Shown: in pieces, positions 22,719 through 32,000 of the stretch
Numbering within the stretch: the first letter of the stretch is position 1
Layout: every line of letters begins with the position of its first letter
Assembly: GCF_012271785.1 (NCBI RefSeq)
Contig: NZ_JAAWVT010000012.1
Span: forward strand, 9,843 to 41,842
Length of the DNA: 32,000 nucleotides
From: Paeniglutamicibacter terrestris
GTDB taxonomy: Bacteria; Actinomycetota; Actinomycetes; Actinomycetales; Micrococcaceae
Direction of reading: 5' to 3'
Translations under genes and position numbers: made by a program
Notes under the pieces: generated by a model
Seen by the model: the letters and a program-made list of their open reading frames with translations, nothing else
Database searches by the model: none
Told to the model about the DNA's origin: nothing

Positions 22719-25259
22719 TTAGCGCTGCACGGCCGCGAATCGCTCGGCGGCAAGTGCCACAGCCGCGGCACGCGCCTCGGAGGCCTCATCGGCGGTCAAT
22801 GTGCGGTCGGTGGCGCGGAAGCGCAGGCCGAAGGCCAATGACTTTTTGCCGTCCTCGATGCCGGTACCGGTGTACACGTCGAAGAGAGCAATATCTTCCA
22901 ACAGCTCACCTGCACCCTCACGCAAGGTTTCGAGTACGTCCGAAGCCACCACGCTCTGATCAACAACTAGGGCAACGTCCTGAGTGGAGATCGGGAAGGT
23001 GGAGATTTCCTTGGCCACAATGACATCCGCTGCAGCTTCAAAAAGCTCGTCAACGTTGATTTCCATGGCCACGGTGCGGGCCGGCAGATCGAGTTCCGCC
23101 AGCAGCTTCGGGTGCAACTCACCGGCATAACCAAGGTGCGTGCCGTCGCGCAGTGCAAGTGCGGCGGTACGGCCCGGGTGGAAGGCCTGGTGGGCCCCCT
23201 GCGAGGTAACCACCTCAACGCCCAACACGTCGGCGACCAGCAGTGCGGTATCCAGGGCATCGGCCCAGTCGTAGACGCGCGGGGTGTGCGCTGCGGCAAC
23301 CGGCGAATCGTTGCCGCTGAGGACAGCCGCAATGTGCATCGGCTGGTGCGGCAGACCGCCGTACAGTGCCTCGAGCTCTGCCTCCGAGGGCTTGATGCCC
23401 ACCGGCGGGATCGTTGCCGTGCCCAGGGTATCTCCGGGCAGGAAGACCAGTCCGGCCTCGTAGAGTGCCAGATCGCGGAAGCCGCGACCGTGGTTGCGAC
23501 GGGCAATGCCCAGCAGCCCCGGCAGCATCGAGGTCCGCATGAATCCGAACTCCGAAGACATCGGGTTATTCAGCTTTACGGCCTTGACCTCGCCGGCCAC
23601 GGGCGCACCGAAGGTGTTGTTCTGCACTGCCGTAACGAACGGGTAGGAGAGCACCTCGGTTAGGCCCGAGTCGGCTAGGGCAGCAACCACACGACGGCGC
23701 TGGCCCTGCACCCGGGAGAAACCGCGGCCCGGAGGTGCCGTGGGAAGGGTGGAAGGAATCAGGTGGTAGCCCACCAGACGCGCAATTTCCTCCACCAGGT
23801 CCTGCTTGGTGGTGAGGTCCGGGCGCCATGACGGTGCCGTGACGCTGTAGCCGTCCGCTATGGCCTCAAGCTCGGCACCAATTTCCGTCAGTGCCCAGGT
23901 CACCTGTTCGGCGGTGTAGTCGATGCCGATCAGTGCCGAGGCGAAATCTGCGGGCAGGTTGATCACCGTTGGTTCCGGAGCGGTACCCGCATCGGTGATC
24001 TCGGTGGTGGCGGTGCCACCGGCCAGCTGAACCAAGAGGTCCACGGCACGCTGGGCGGCCTTGTCAGCCACCTGCCAGTCCACTCCGCGTTCGTAACGCT
24101 TGGAAGCCTCGGAAGGCAGCTTGTGGCGGCGACGCGAACGCGCAATCGAGATCGCTTCGAAGTGAGCTGCCTCGATGAGCACGTTGGTGGTGGTGCCGGA
24201 AACCTCTGTGGCAGATCCGCCCATGACTCCGGCAATGCCAATGGCACCGGATTCGTCGGTGATCAACAGATCCTCGACGTGCAGCTTGCGCACCTTGGCA
24301 TCGAGGGTCGTCAGCGTCTCACCCTCGGTGGCCCGGCGCACGGTGATACCACCGGTGAGCTGATCCGCGTCGTAGAAGTGCAGCGGCTGACCCAGTTCCA
24401 ACATGACGTAGTTGGAAATATCCACGATCAGGGAGATCGAACGCATGCCAGCCAGGTTCAGTCGGCTAGCCATCCACGGTGGGGTGGGCAGCGCCGCATT
24501 CACGTTGGTGACCTTGCGCGTGATGAAGCGATCGCAGCCGGCCTTGCCGTAGATCCCCGCGGCATCGGCCAGAGTCACCTGGTGACCCGGTGCGGTGGCG
24601 GTATCCACGGTGACCAAGGAGGCAGGATCGGTGAAGGGGGTGTTGGTGGCGTGCGCGTATTCGCGGGCCACCCCACGGATGGAGAACGCGTAGGAACGGT
24701 CGGGGGTGACGTTGATTTCTGCTGCCTGATCGTAGAGACCCAGCAGTTCCATCGCGTCGGTGCCGACCTCCGGGTCAAGACCCAGATTCGAGAGCACGAT
24801 GATGCCATCGTGGTCTTCGCCGAGGCCCAGCTCGCGTGCGGAGGCGATCATGCCGGCCGAAATATGACCATAGGTCTTACGCGGGGTAATCCGGAAGTCC
24901 CCGGGCAGCACGGCGCCCGGAAGCGTGACAACAACCTTGTCACCCTCCACGAAGTTGTGTGCACCGCAGATGATGCCCTGCACACCCGAGGGATCGATAC
25001 CCTCGTTGGTGAGGTTTTGTGTTGCGCCCTCGGGCACCACACGAACCTGGCACCAGTTAATGGTCTTGCCGTTGGTCTGCTCTTCCTTCACCAGGGAGAG
25101 CACCTGACCCACCACGATGGGACCGGAGATGGAATCGCTGGGACGGTGTACGTCCTCTTCCTCAAGACCGACCTTAACCAGTTCGGCCATAACGTCCTCG
25201 GCCGAAGCTTCGGCGGGAACCTGCGCGTATTCGCGCAGCCATGAAAGTGGAATACGCAT
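22719..25259 (-). CDS. pheT: Phenylalanine--tRNA ligase beta subunit
   Basis: 846 aa. N-terminal MRIPLSWLREY... tRNA-binding domain, B3/4 and B5 regions, and a C-terminal FDX-ACB-like domain (DVYTGTGIEDGKKSLAFGLRF). Confidence 0.95.
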   Translation of the reverse strand: MRIPLSWLREYAQVPAEASAEDVMAELVKVGLEEEDVHRPSDSISGPIVVGQVLSLVKEEQTNGKTINWCQVRVVPEGATQNLTNEGIDPSGVQGIICGAHNFVEGDKVVVTLPGAVLPGDFRITPRKTYGHISAGMIASARELGLGEDHDGIIVLSNLGLDPEVGTDAMELLGLYDQAAEINVTPDRSYAFSIRGVAREYAHATNTPFTDPASLVTVDTATAPGHQVTLADAAGIYGKAGCDRFITRKVTNVNAALPTPPWMASRLNLAGMRSISLIVDISNYVMLELGQPLHFYDADQLTGGITVRRATEGETLTTLDAKVRKLHVEDLLITDESGAIGIAGVMGGSATEVSGTTTNVLIEAAHFEAISIARSRRRHKLPSEASKRYERGVDWQVADKAAQRAVDLLVQLAGGTATTEITDAGTAPEPTVINLPADFASALIGIDYTAEQVTWALTEIGAELEAIADGYSVTAPSWRPDLTTKQDLVEEIARLVGYHLIPSTLPTAPPGRGFSRVQGQRRRVVAALADSGLTEVLSYPFVTAVQNNTFGAPVAGEVKAVKLNNPMSSEFGFMRTSMLPGLLGIARRNHGRGFRDLALYEAGLVFLPGDTLGTATIPPVGIKPSEAELEALYGGLPHQPMHIAAVLSGNDSPVAAAHTPRVYDWADALDTALLVADVLGVEVVTSQGAHQAFHPGRTAALALRDGTHLGYAGELHPKLLAELDLPARTVAMEINVDELFEAAADVIVAKEISTFPISTQDVALVVDQSVVASDVLETLREGAGELLEDIALFDVYTGTGIEDGKKSLAFGLRFRATDRTLTADEASEARAAAVALAAERFAAVQR

Positions 25260-25262
25260 GTC

Positions 25263-26351
<1,089 letters not shown>

Positions 26352-26503
26352 GGGGTTCTACGGCCCTTTTCACTGTTGATTGTCTTGTTGGCTTCTACTT
26401 CTCATTCTATGTGCTGGCCCCGGCGCAGCTTCAATCACCGCCCCGGTCGTCTTAGCTGTGGCGTTATGGACACCCACCGGGGTTTTACGCAATAGTTAGC
26501 CTT

Positions 26504-28411
26504 ATGTCACGCGTTCTTCGAAGAATTGTTCTGCCCACGGCCGCCTTTCTGATGCTGGGCTCGCTGGCAGCCTGCACAAATGCCGCCCCCACGCCCGATG
26601 CCACGGCAAATCAACTGGCGACCTCCCTGCAGTCCCTGGACTTCGCTGGCCTGAGCTTGGCCGGGGCCGATCCCACCACCGTATCTACCGAACTCGGCGA
26701 GGCGCTGGCACCCCTGGAGTCGATCCCACGCACCGTCACCTTGGAATCGGTGACCGAGGACGAGGGATCAAAGGACCCCAAGACGGCCACCGCCACGCTG
26801 AAAACGGTGTGGGACATTGATGCCAGCGACACCGACTGGAGCTATACAACCCAAGGCACCCTCGAACTTAATGATGAGTCCGATTCGTGGGAGCTGCGCT
26901 ACTCCCCCGAGCTGGCAGTCCCGGGCCTAGCCGCGGGTCAATACGTGGCCAAGCGCAACACCGCCGCTGCGCGGGGCGATATTCTCGGCAACAACAACCA
27001 GGGACTGGTCACCGAGCGGCCGGTGCTGCGCATCGGCATCGATAAAAACGCCCTGGACCCGTCCAAGTGGGAGACCTCGGCTAAAAAGCTGGCCGCCTTG
27101 GTGGAGATTGATGCGCCGGCCTATGCCAAGTCAGTCGCCGCCGCCGGGCCCAAGGCCTTCGTCCAGGCCATCGTGCTGCGTGATGACAAGGACCGAACCG
27201 TCACCGACGCTCAACTCGATGCGATCGACGGGGTGCTGGCCCAGCCGGGCACCGTGCCGCTGGCCAAGAGCCGCAACTTCGCCCGGGCCATTCTGGGCAC
27301 CGTGGGCGAGGCCAGCGCGGAGATCGTCGCCGAGTCCAAGGGAAGCATCAGCGCTGGACAACAGGTGGGCCTCTCGGGCCTACAAAAGGAGTACCAGGAC
27401 ACCTTGGCCGGTACCAAGGGCTACTCCATCTCGATCTTCGACAAGGACAAAAACGAAGTCTCCTCGCTGCTCACCGCCGAAGCCGTTGATGGCAAAAGCC
27501 TGAAGACCACCCTGGATCTGGACATGCAGACCCTGGCCGAGTCACTGCTGGCTGACTCGGCCAGCGACAGCGCGCTGGTGGCGGTGCGACCCTCGGACGG
27601 TGCCATCTTGGCCGCCGCGGCGGGACCGGAGACCAACGCGGCGAACACGGCACTACTGGGCAAGTACGCCCCGGGATCAACGTTTAAGGTCATCACGGCA
27701 CTGGCCATGTTGCGCTCGGGCGACACCCCCACCACGACTGTCGACTGCCCGGCGACCCTGTCGGTGGATGGCAAGGCGTTCAAGAACTACGACGGTTACC
27801 CCTCCAGCGCGCTGGGCAGCATCCCACTCTCCGAGGCCCTGGCACAATCGTGTAATACCGTGTTCCTGACCGGTGCCACCAAGGTGAAGGCCGCCGCCCT
27901 CTCGGACGCTGCCGCCTCGCTGGGTCTGAACCTGAGCCCCTCCACCGGTGCAGCAGCATTCCTCGGCTCGGTGCCAGATACCTCCACCGGCACCGAACTG
28001 GCAGCCAATGGCATCGGCCAGGGTGTTGTTGAAGCCTCCGCGCTAGGTATGGCCACGGTGGCAGCGTCGGTGAAAAACGGCGCGACCGTTTACCCGCATC
28101 TGGTGGTGGATCCGGCGCCGGCTAAAGCGCCGAAGCCCAAGAACCCACTGACCAAGGATGAGGCAAAAGCACTATCGGGCATGATGTCCGAGGTCGTAGA
28201 TCATGGCACGCTCAAGGAGCTCGCCAAGGTCCCCGGTGGCACCATCATCGGCAAGAGCGGAACGGCCGAGTACGACGAGGAACGCAACGCACATGCCTGG
28301 GTCATCGCTTCCCAAGGTGATCTGGCCGTTGCGGTATTCGTTGGCGACGGCAGTGGTGGCGCGCAGACGGCCGGCCCAATCGTGGCCGATTTCCTCACCA
28401 AGAGTCAGTAG
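26504..28411 (+). CDS. Class B penicillin-binding lipoprotein (PBP-lipo-like: NTF2/MecA_N-like N-domain plus transpeptidase)
   Basis: 635 aa. Signal peptide with lipobox LGSLAAC. Transpeptidase motifs STFK (GSTFKVITALAML), SCN (AQSCNTVF) and KSGT (GKSGTAEY). Confidence 0.88.
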   Translation: MSRVLRRIVLPTAAFLMLGSLAACTNAAPTPDATANQLATSLQSLDFAGLSLAGADPTTVSTELGEALAPLESIPRTVTLESVTEDEGSKDPKTATATLKTVWDIDASDTDWSYTTQGTLELNDESDSWELRYSPELAVPGLAAGQYVAKRNTAAARGDILGNNNQGLVTERPVLRIGIDKNALDPSKWETSAKKLAALVEIDAPAYAKSVAAAGPKAFVQAIVLRDDKDRTVTDAQLDAIDGVLAQPGTVPLAKSRNFARAILGTVGEASAEIVAESKGSISAGQQVGLSGLQKEYQDTLAGTKGYSISIFDKDKNEVSSLLTAEAVDGKSLKTTLDLDMQTLAESLLADSASDSALVAVRPSDGAILAAAAGPETNAANTALLGKYAPGSTFKVITALAMLRSGDTPTTTVDCPATLSVDGKAFKNYDGYPSSALGSIPLSEALAQSCNTVFLTGATKVKAAALSDAAASLGLNLSPSTGAAAFLGSVPDTSTGTELAANGIGQGVVEASALGMATVAASVKNGATVYPHLVVDPAPAKAPKPKNPLTKDEAKALSGMMSEVVDHGTLKELAKVPGGTIIGKSGTAEYDEERNAHAWVIASQGDLAVAVFVGDGSGGAQTAGPIVADFLTKSQ

Positions 28412-28439
28412 CACCGCCGCGCAACACCTCCGCTTAATG

Positions 28440-28472
28440 AGTGAAGGACCGGCCATTGGCCGGTCCTTCACT
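28440..28472. terminator. Bidirectional terminator between the convergent PBP and LppM-like genes
   Basis: Perfect 15-bp palindrome arms AGTGAAGGACCGGCC (28440-28454) / GGCCGGTCCTTCACT (28458-28472). Confidence 0.65.
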
Positions 28473-28516
28473 GGTTAAACCGCCCGATCAATCCGGGCAT
28501 TTGGTGCTCGTTATCT

Positions 28517-29173
28517 TTAGGCGTGCAGAGTTTCTGCTGTTTCGGGCTTGCGCATCATGACAACGCCCGCGACGGCGCCCAGCAGGGCCAGTCCGCCGAA
28601 TGCCAAGGACAGGTACAACGCGGTGTTGTCCTTTTCGTTGGCTACGGCCGTGAGGTCGCCCTTCGCGGTGAGCAGGTCGAAGGTCACGGTGTCGCCCTCG
28701 ATGTGGGCGCCCTCGGTGGCGGAAACAACTTCACCGGGGAATGTCACGGTCATGGTGGATTCGGTGACAGCGCTTGCCATTTCAGCGGCGAGACCCTGAG
28801 CGGCGAAGAAGTACTGGCCATCACGGAATTCCACGCTGACCTTTTGGCCCAAGGTACCGGAGGTGTCACTGATCTCGGTCAGCGACTTGTCCTGGAGGGA
28901 CAGCGTGTAACCACGGAAATCGCCCTCTTCGAAGGGCGAGGCGGTAACGCCTTCCGGAACGCTGGCTAGAAACGCTTCTTCGGTGGTCCCCATCTTGGTC
29001 AGGACCTCGGCAACACCAATGTCGCCAATAACCTTCTTGTCAAAGGCCATCACCATGTCGTAGGTTGCTTTTTCCGGGCTTGAAACGACCAGATCCACAT
29101 CCATCTTCATGCAACCGGTCAGGCTCAACACCAGTGCCACCATGACACCAATGATGGATACGATCTTCTTCAT
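28517..29173 (-). CDS. LppM-family (DUF3153-like) lipoprotein with C-terminal TM anchor
   Basis: The ATG at 29173 lies 5 nt after GAGGAG. Lipobox LSLTGC followed by MKMDVDLVVSS..., and a C-terminal helix ALYLSLAFGGLALLGAVAGVVMM. The family assignment is from memory of the LppM pattern. Confidence 0.65.
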   Translation of the reverse strand: MKKIVSIIGVMVALVLSLTGCMKMDVDLVVSSPEKATYDMVMAFDKKVIGDIGVAEVLTKMGTTEEAFLASVPEGVTASPFEEGDFRGYTLSLQDKSLTEISDTSGTLGQKVSVEFRDGQYFFAAQGLAAEMASAVTESTMTVTFPGEVVSATEGAHIEGDTVTFDLLTAKGDLTAVANEKDNTALYLSLAFGGLALLGAVAGVVMMRKPETAETLHA

Positions 29174-29311
29174 CAATACTCCTCAACAGTTGGGGCGCAG
29201 ATCGGCGTTCGACGCCCCCGGGTTCTGCCTTCAACTCTAGTGGTTGGGCGCCCCGGTCAGTAATTCGGCAGCTCTCGGCTCCCACCTCATCAATGACTAC
29301 ACTGAGAAATC

Positions 29312-29797
29312 ATGGAGAACCGGGAACGCCTACGCCAGGTCTGTAACGCGATAAATCTCAGCACGCTCAGCGGACTGGGCCTAGCCCGCGCCACCGGCTG
29401 CGAGATCGCTCGTGGTCCTCGGGGCCTCATCCTGGCCCGTTTTTACCGACCGGCCTTGCCCAAGGCCGGGGCATTCACGGTGGGGAACGTTATTTTTTTC
29501 CGTCCGTCCCTCAGCGGAGCGGAACCGCGTCGCGAATTGCTCAGTCACGAGGAAACACACGCTACCCAGTACGCCTGGTGTCTGGGCTTGCCCTTCCTCC
29601 CCTTGTACTTTCTGGCGGCAGGATATTCGCTCTTGCGCACCGGCGATCCAGCATCAAGAAATGTGTTTGAACGCGGAGCCAATCTGCAGGCCGGCGGGTA
29701 TCTGGAGCGGCCCACGCGTAAATTACTCCCGGTTATCGCTGCACGGTTACGCAGGCACCCGGTAGCCACCCCCACGAGCTCAGGAGACACCCAGTGA
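29312..29797 (+). CDS. Small HExxH (zincin-like, DUF4157-like) protein, hypothetical
   Basis: 161 aa. AFTVGNVIFFRPSL...RELLSHEETHATQYAW (HEETH at 29546-29560) resembles the DUF4157 pattern (AfTxGxxIxF...LLaHELtHvxQ). It is followed by a hydrophobic stretch LGLPFLPLYFLAAGYSLL. The stop overlaps the next gene's start (GTGA). Third-position GC is consistent with coding. Confidence 0.5.
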   Translation: MENRERLRQVCNAINLSTLSGLGLARATGCEIARGPRGLILARFYRPALPKAGAFTVGNVIFFRPSLSGAEPRRELLSHEETHATQYAWCLGLPFLPLYFLAAGYSLLRTGDPASRNVFERGANLQAGGYLERPTRKLLPVIAARLRRHPVATPTSSGDTQ

Positions 29798-30447
29798 ACC
29801 ACAACAACAGCATCACCGTGCAAGGCAGCGCCAGCGCCAGCGCCGTCCCGGATACGATGAGCCTTTCCCTTGCCGTAGAGAACCACCACGCGCAGGCGGC
29901 AGAGGCCTTCGAGCAGGTTTCCGCTGGTGCGCAATCGCTGATCACCGCGGTGCTGAGTGTCGCCCCGGAAACCAACTTGTCCACCAGCGGGGTCACGCTC
30001 TCTGCGCGGACGGCCTGGCGCGATGAGATGAATGTGCTGTTGGGCTACGACGCATCAACCACCCTCGAAGCCACGTCCGTTCCCCTCGACGCCATTTCGG
30101 CGGTCTTGGCAGCCGCCGTAGAGACCGGAGGCGATGCCCTGCGGATCCATTCACTGCGTTCGGAGGTTTCGGATCCCATCAGTGCACTGCGGGCCGCCCG
30201 CGAGCTGGCCTTCAACGACGCTCATACCAAGGCGGCAGAACTGGCACAGCTGGCCGGGCGGCACCTGGGGCAGGCGCTGCAGATCCGCGAAACCGGACCC
30301 GACTCGGCCGTGCCCCTGCAACGTGCCGGGCTCCGAGCCATGGCCGCTAAGTCCATGCCGGTGCTTGCCGGATCCCAGGAACTTGCGGTGAACTTAGAAA
30401 TACAGTGGGAACTTCTGGATCATGGGCAAGCTCCAGCGGAGGATTAG
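29794..30447 (+). CDS. SIMPL (DUF541) domain protein
   Basis: 217 aa. The N-terminus ITVQGSASASAVPDTMSLSLAVE and the overall pattern match the SIMPL/26-kDa periplasmic immunogenic protein family. The GTG start is coupled to the upstream ORF. Confidence 0.78.
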   Translation: MNHNNSITVQGSASASAVPDTMSLSLAVENHHAQAAEAFEQVSAGAQSLITAVLSVAPETNLSTSGVTLSARTAWRDEMNVLLGYDASTTLEATSVPLDAISAVLAAAVETGGDALRIHSLRSEVSDPISALRAARELAFNDAHTKAAELAQLAGRHLGQALQIRETGPDSAVPLQRAGLRAMAAKSMPVLAGSQELAVNLEIQWELLDHGQAPAED

Positions 30448-31055
30448 TCTTCTTTTCCGGCGCTGAGTCGTGGTTCGTTTGCGCCTGCTAAGGCAAGGAC
30501 GGCTATCTGCGCCACCGCCCGGGCGTGGACCAGCAATTGTGCCTCATGGGCAGCTACCCAAGGCACGTGGATGAAACCGGCTCGGATCTCTGGATCGGTC
30601 CGACTCTGGTGCATGAGCGAATAAAATATTTGGTTGCAGACATAGGTACCGGCCGAATAAGAGATTTCCACGTTTTCGGAGCCCAATTCTTGGAGCGCCG
30701 CCTTCAGCGGAAGAGTAGAAAAGTAGGCGGCTGGCCCGTCGGCGAGCACCGGGACATCGATCGGCCGAGCGCCAGCATTGTCGGCGATGCGGGCATCGAT
30801 CAGGTTAATGGCAACTTTCTCCATGCCCAGCTTTTCCCGACCCTGAGCCAAGCCCAGGCTGAGCACCACATGCGGGCGATGCAACGTGATCAGCTCGTGA
30901 AGCACGCGCGGAGCTTGCGCAAAAACACAGGGCAATTCCGCGGCCACGGCTTCGTGACCCTGTTCTCTCAGAATCTTCTCCGCGTGCCGCGCGATGACAA
31001 TTGATGGATTGAAGTCGCTGCTCGCAAATGGCTCAAAGCCGGTGAGCAGGATCAA
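30444..31055 (-). CDS. pcp: Pyroglutamyl-peptidase I (pyrrolidone-carboxylate peptidase)
   Basis: 203 aa. ILLTGFEPF N-terminus, catalytic Cys context SAGTYVCN and His context GFIHVPW. The TTG start overlaps the NUDIX stop (TTGA). Confidence 0.87.
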   Translation of the reverse strand: MILLTGFEPFASSDFNPSIVIARHAEKILREQGHEAVAAELPCVFAQAPRVLHELITLHRPHVVLSLGLAQGREKLGMEKVAINLIDARIADNAGARPIDVPVLADGPAAYFSTLPLKAALQELGSENVEISYSAGTYVCNQIFYSLMHQSRTDPEIRAGFIHVPWVAAHEAQLLVHARAVAQIAVLALAGANEPRLSAGKED

Positions 31056-31486
31056 CGAGTGGCCCCGGCCATGGTGTCGGCTAACACCGCACGCACGATG
31101 GGAAAATCGGCGGGAATCCAGCTGAGTGCCTCAAGGGCTTGTTTTTCCAGCTCGACCCAGGCTAATTGGTCGTGATCCTCCAAGGTATCGGGGACGCCGC
31201 CGGTGATCTGCGCAAACCAGACACGCATCGCTGCACTCTCATTGAGCACCCAGCCCTCGGGGATGGGGCCAAAAATCTCCGAACCAAGTTCCACCTCGAT
31301 TCCCAGTTCCTCGCGTAATTCTCGCTTCACGCCCTCGGTGCACTCCTCCCCCACTTCGAGCTTTCCTCCCGGAAACTCCCACATCCCGGCCAGTGCCGGC
31401 GGAGCTGTGCGACGGGCTGCCAACAGCTTGGTGGGTGCCACCAAGGAATCAACGATGGCAGCTGCAACAATTTGTTTGTAGGGCAT
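31052..31486 (-). CDS. NUDIX hydrolase (MutT-like (deoxy)nucleoside triphosphate pyrophosphohydrolase)
   Basis: 144 aa. Nudix box GMWEFPGGKLEVGEECTEGVKRELREELGIEV. Confidence 0.85.
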   Translation of the reverse strand: MPYKQIVAAAIVDSLVAPTKLLAARRTAPPALAGMWEFPGGKLEVGEECTEGVKRELREELGIEVELGSEIFGPIPEGWVLNESAAMRVWFAQITGGVPDTLEDHDQLAWVELEKQALEALSWIPADFPIVRAVLADTMAGATR

Positions 31487-31491
31487 GTCTA

Positions 31492-32000
31492 CTATTTTCC
31501 TTCCGTTTCGGAATTCTGGTTCACCATGATGTCGGGTTCGATGTAGATCACGCAGCTGAGCTTGACCGCCGCACGAATGCGTTCTTCCGCTTCATCGATG
31601 GCGGCGGCGATCTGGGAGCCGGTGGAGTTGAGCGGGACCGATACCTTTGCCGCCACCAAGACTTCTTCTGGCCCAAGATGCAGGGTCTTGAGGTGGATCA
31701 GTTTGGCCCCGTTGGCGGTAATGGCAGCTGTGATGGCCTGCACGACGTGGTCTCGCGCCGATTCACCGAGCAGCAGGGATTTAGTCTCAATGGCCAACAC
31801 GATGGCGATCATCACCAGCAGCAGGCCAATGCAGGCGGTGCCGGCCGCGTCGTATATCCCGTTACCGGTCAGCAGCGTCAAGCTGACGCCGCACAACGCC
31901 AGAACCAGGCCGATGAGGGCGCCGAAGTCTTCGAGCAGAATTACCGGCAGCTCGGGTGCCTTCGCTGTGCGGATGAATGATACCCAGGACTGTTTGCCGC
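31492..32000 (-). CDS. Cation diffusion facilitator (CDF) family transporter, 3' portion (5' end lies outside the window)
   Basis: The frame stays open from 31492 to the window edge, beyond the track's TTG at 31896 (...SFIRTAKAPELPVILLEDFGALIGLVLALCGVSLTLLTGNGIYDAAGTACIG...). The C-terminal cytoplasmic domain HLKTLHLGPEEVLVAAKVSV is typical of CDF. Confidence 0.8.
   Translation of the reverse strand, partial: GKQSWVSFIRTAKAPELPVILLEDFGALIGLVLALCGVSLTLLTGNGIYDAAGTACIGLLLVMIAIVLAIETKSLLLGESARDHVVQAITAAITANGAKLIHLKTLHLGPEEVLVAAKVSVPLNSTGSQIAAAIDEAEERIRAAVKLSCVIYIEPDIMVNQNSETEGK

Noticed and set aside
29412-29934. Alternative ORFs overlapping the HExxH gene (29412-29765 plus, 29545-29934 minus)
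   Set aside because: The 29312 frame has the better third-position GC pattern, a recognisable HExxH context and start/stop coupling to the SIMPL gene. The alternatives are Arg/Pro-rich.

Overview
GC-rich, gene-dense chromosomal window that looks actinobacterial (Micrococcaceae-like, judged from gene content and synteny; this is inference). Every call below comes from reading the sequence and the ORF translations by eye; no searches were run. The left third, on the minus strand, holds an ArsR/SRPBCC pair, a small membrane protein and a complete, mostly translationally coupled argC-J-B-D-F-R operon (1356-7321) with tandem ARG-box-like sites upstream of argC. The right third holds pheS-pheT (22719-26351, minus), a PBP-lipo-like class B penicillin-binding lipoprotein, an LppM-like lipoprotein, an HExxH small protein coupled to a SIMPL protein, and a CDF-NUDIX-pyroglutamyl peptidase operon. 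Between argC and pheT, which are adjacent or nearly adjacent in many actinobacteria, lies a ~15 kb block. It contains qor, a DUF1990 gene, a ROK regulator with a CUT1-type sugar ABC importer that has no ATPase gene, and the most interesting locus in the window. That locus is a self-contained Pls/PosA-type single-module NRPS system: a divergent Sfp-type PPTase, an A-T-6TM synthetase with three tandem C-terminal domains (hand-derived specificity code DAESIGTVVK, Lys-like), an ATGA-coupled M1 metallopeptidase, and a PPK2 with no intervening hairpin. A membrane-anchored Ltp-repeat protein follows. I saw no rRNA, complete tRNA, CRISPR array, transposase or integrase. One tRNA T-arm-like hairpin sits in the only long spacer of the arg operon.
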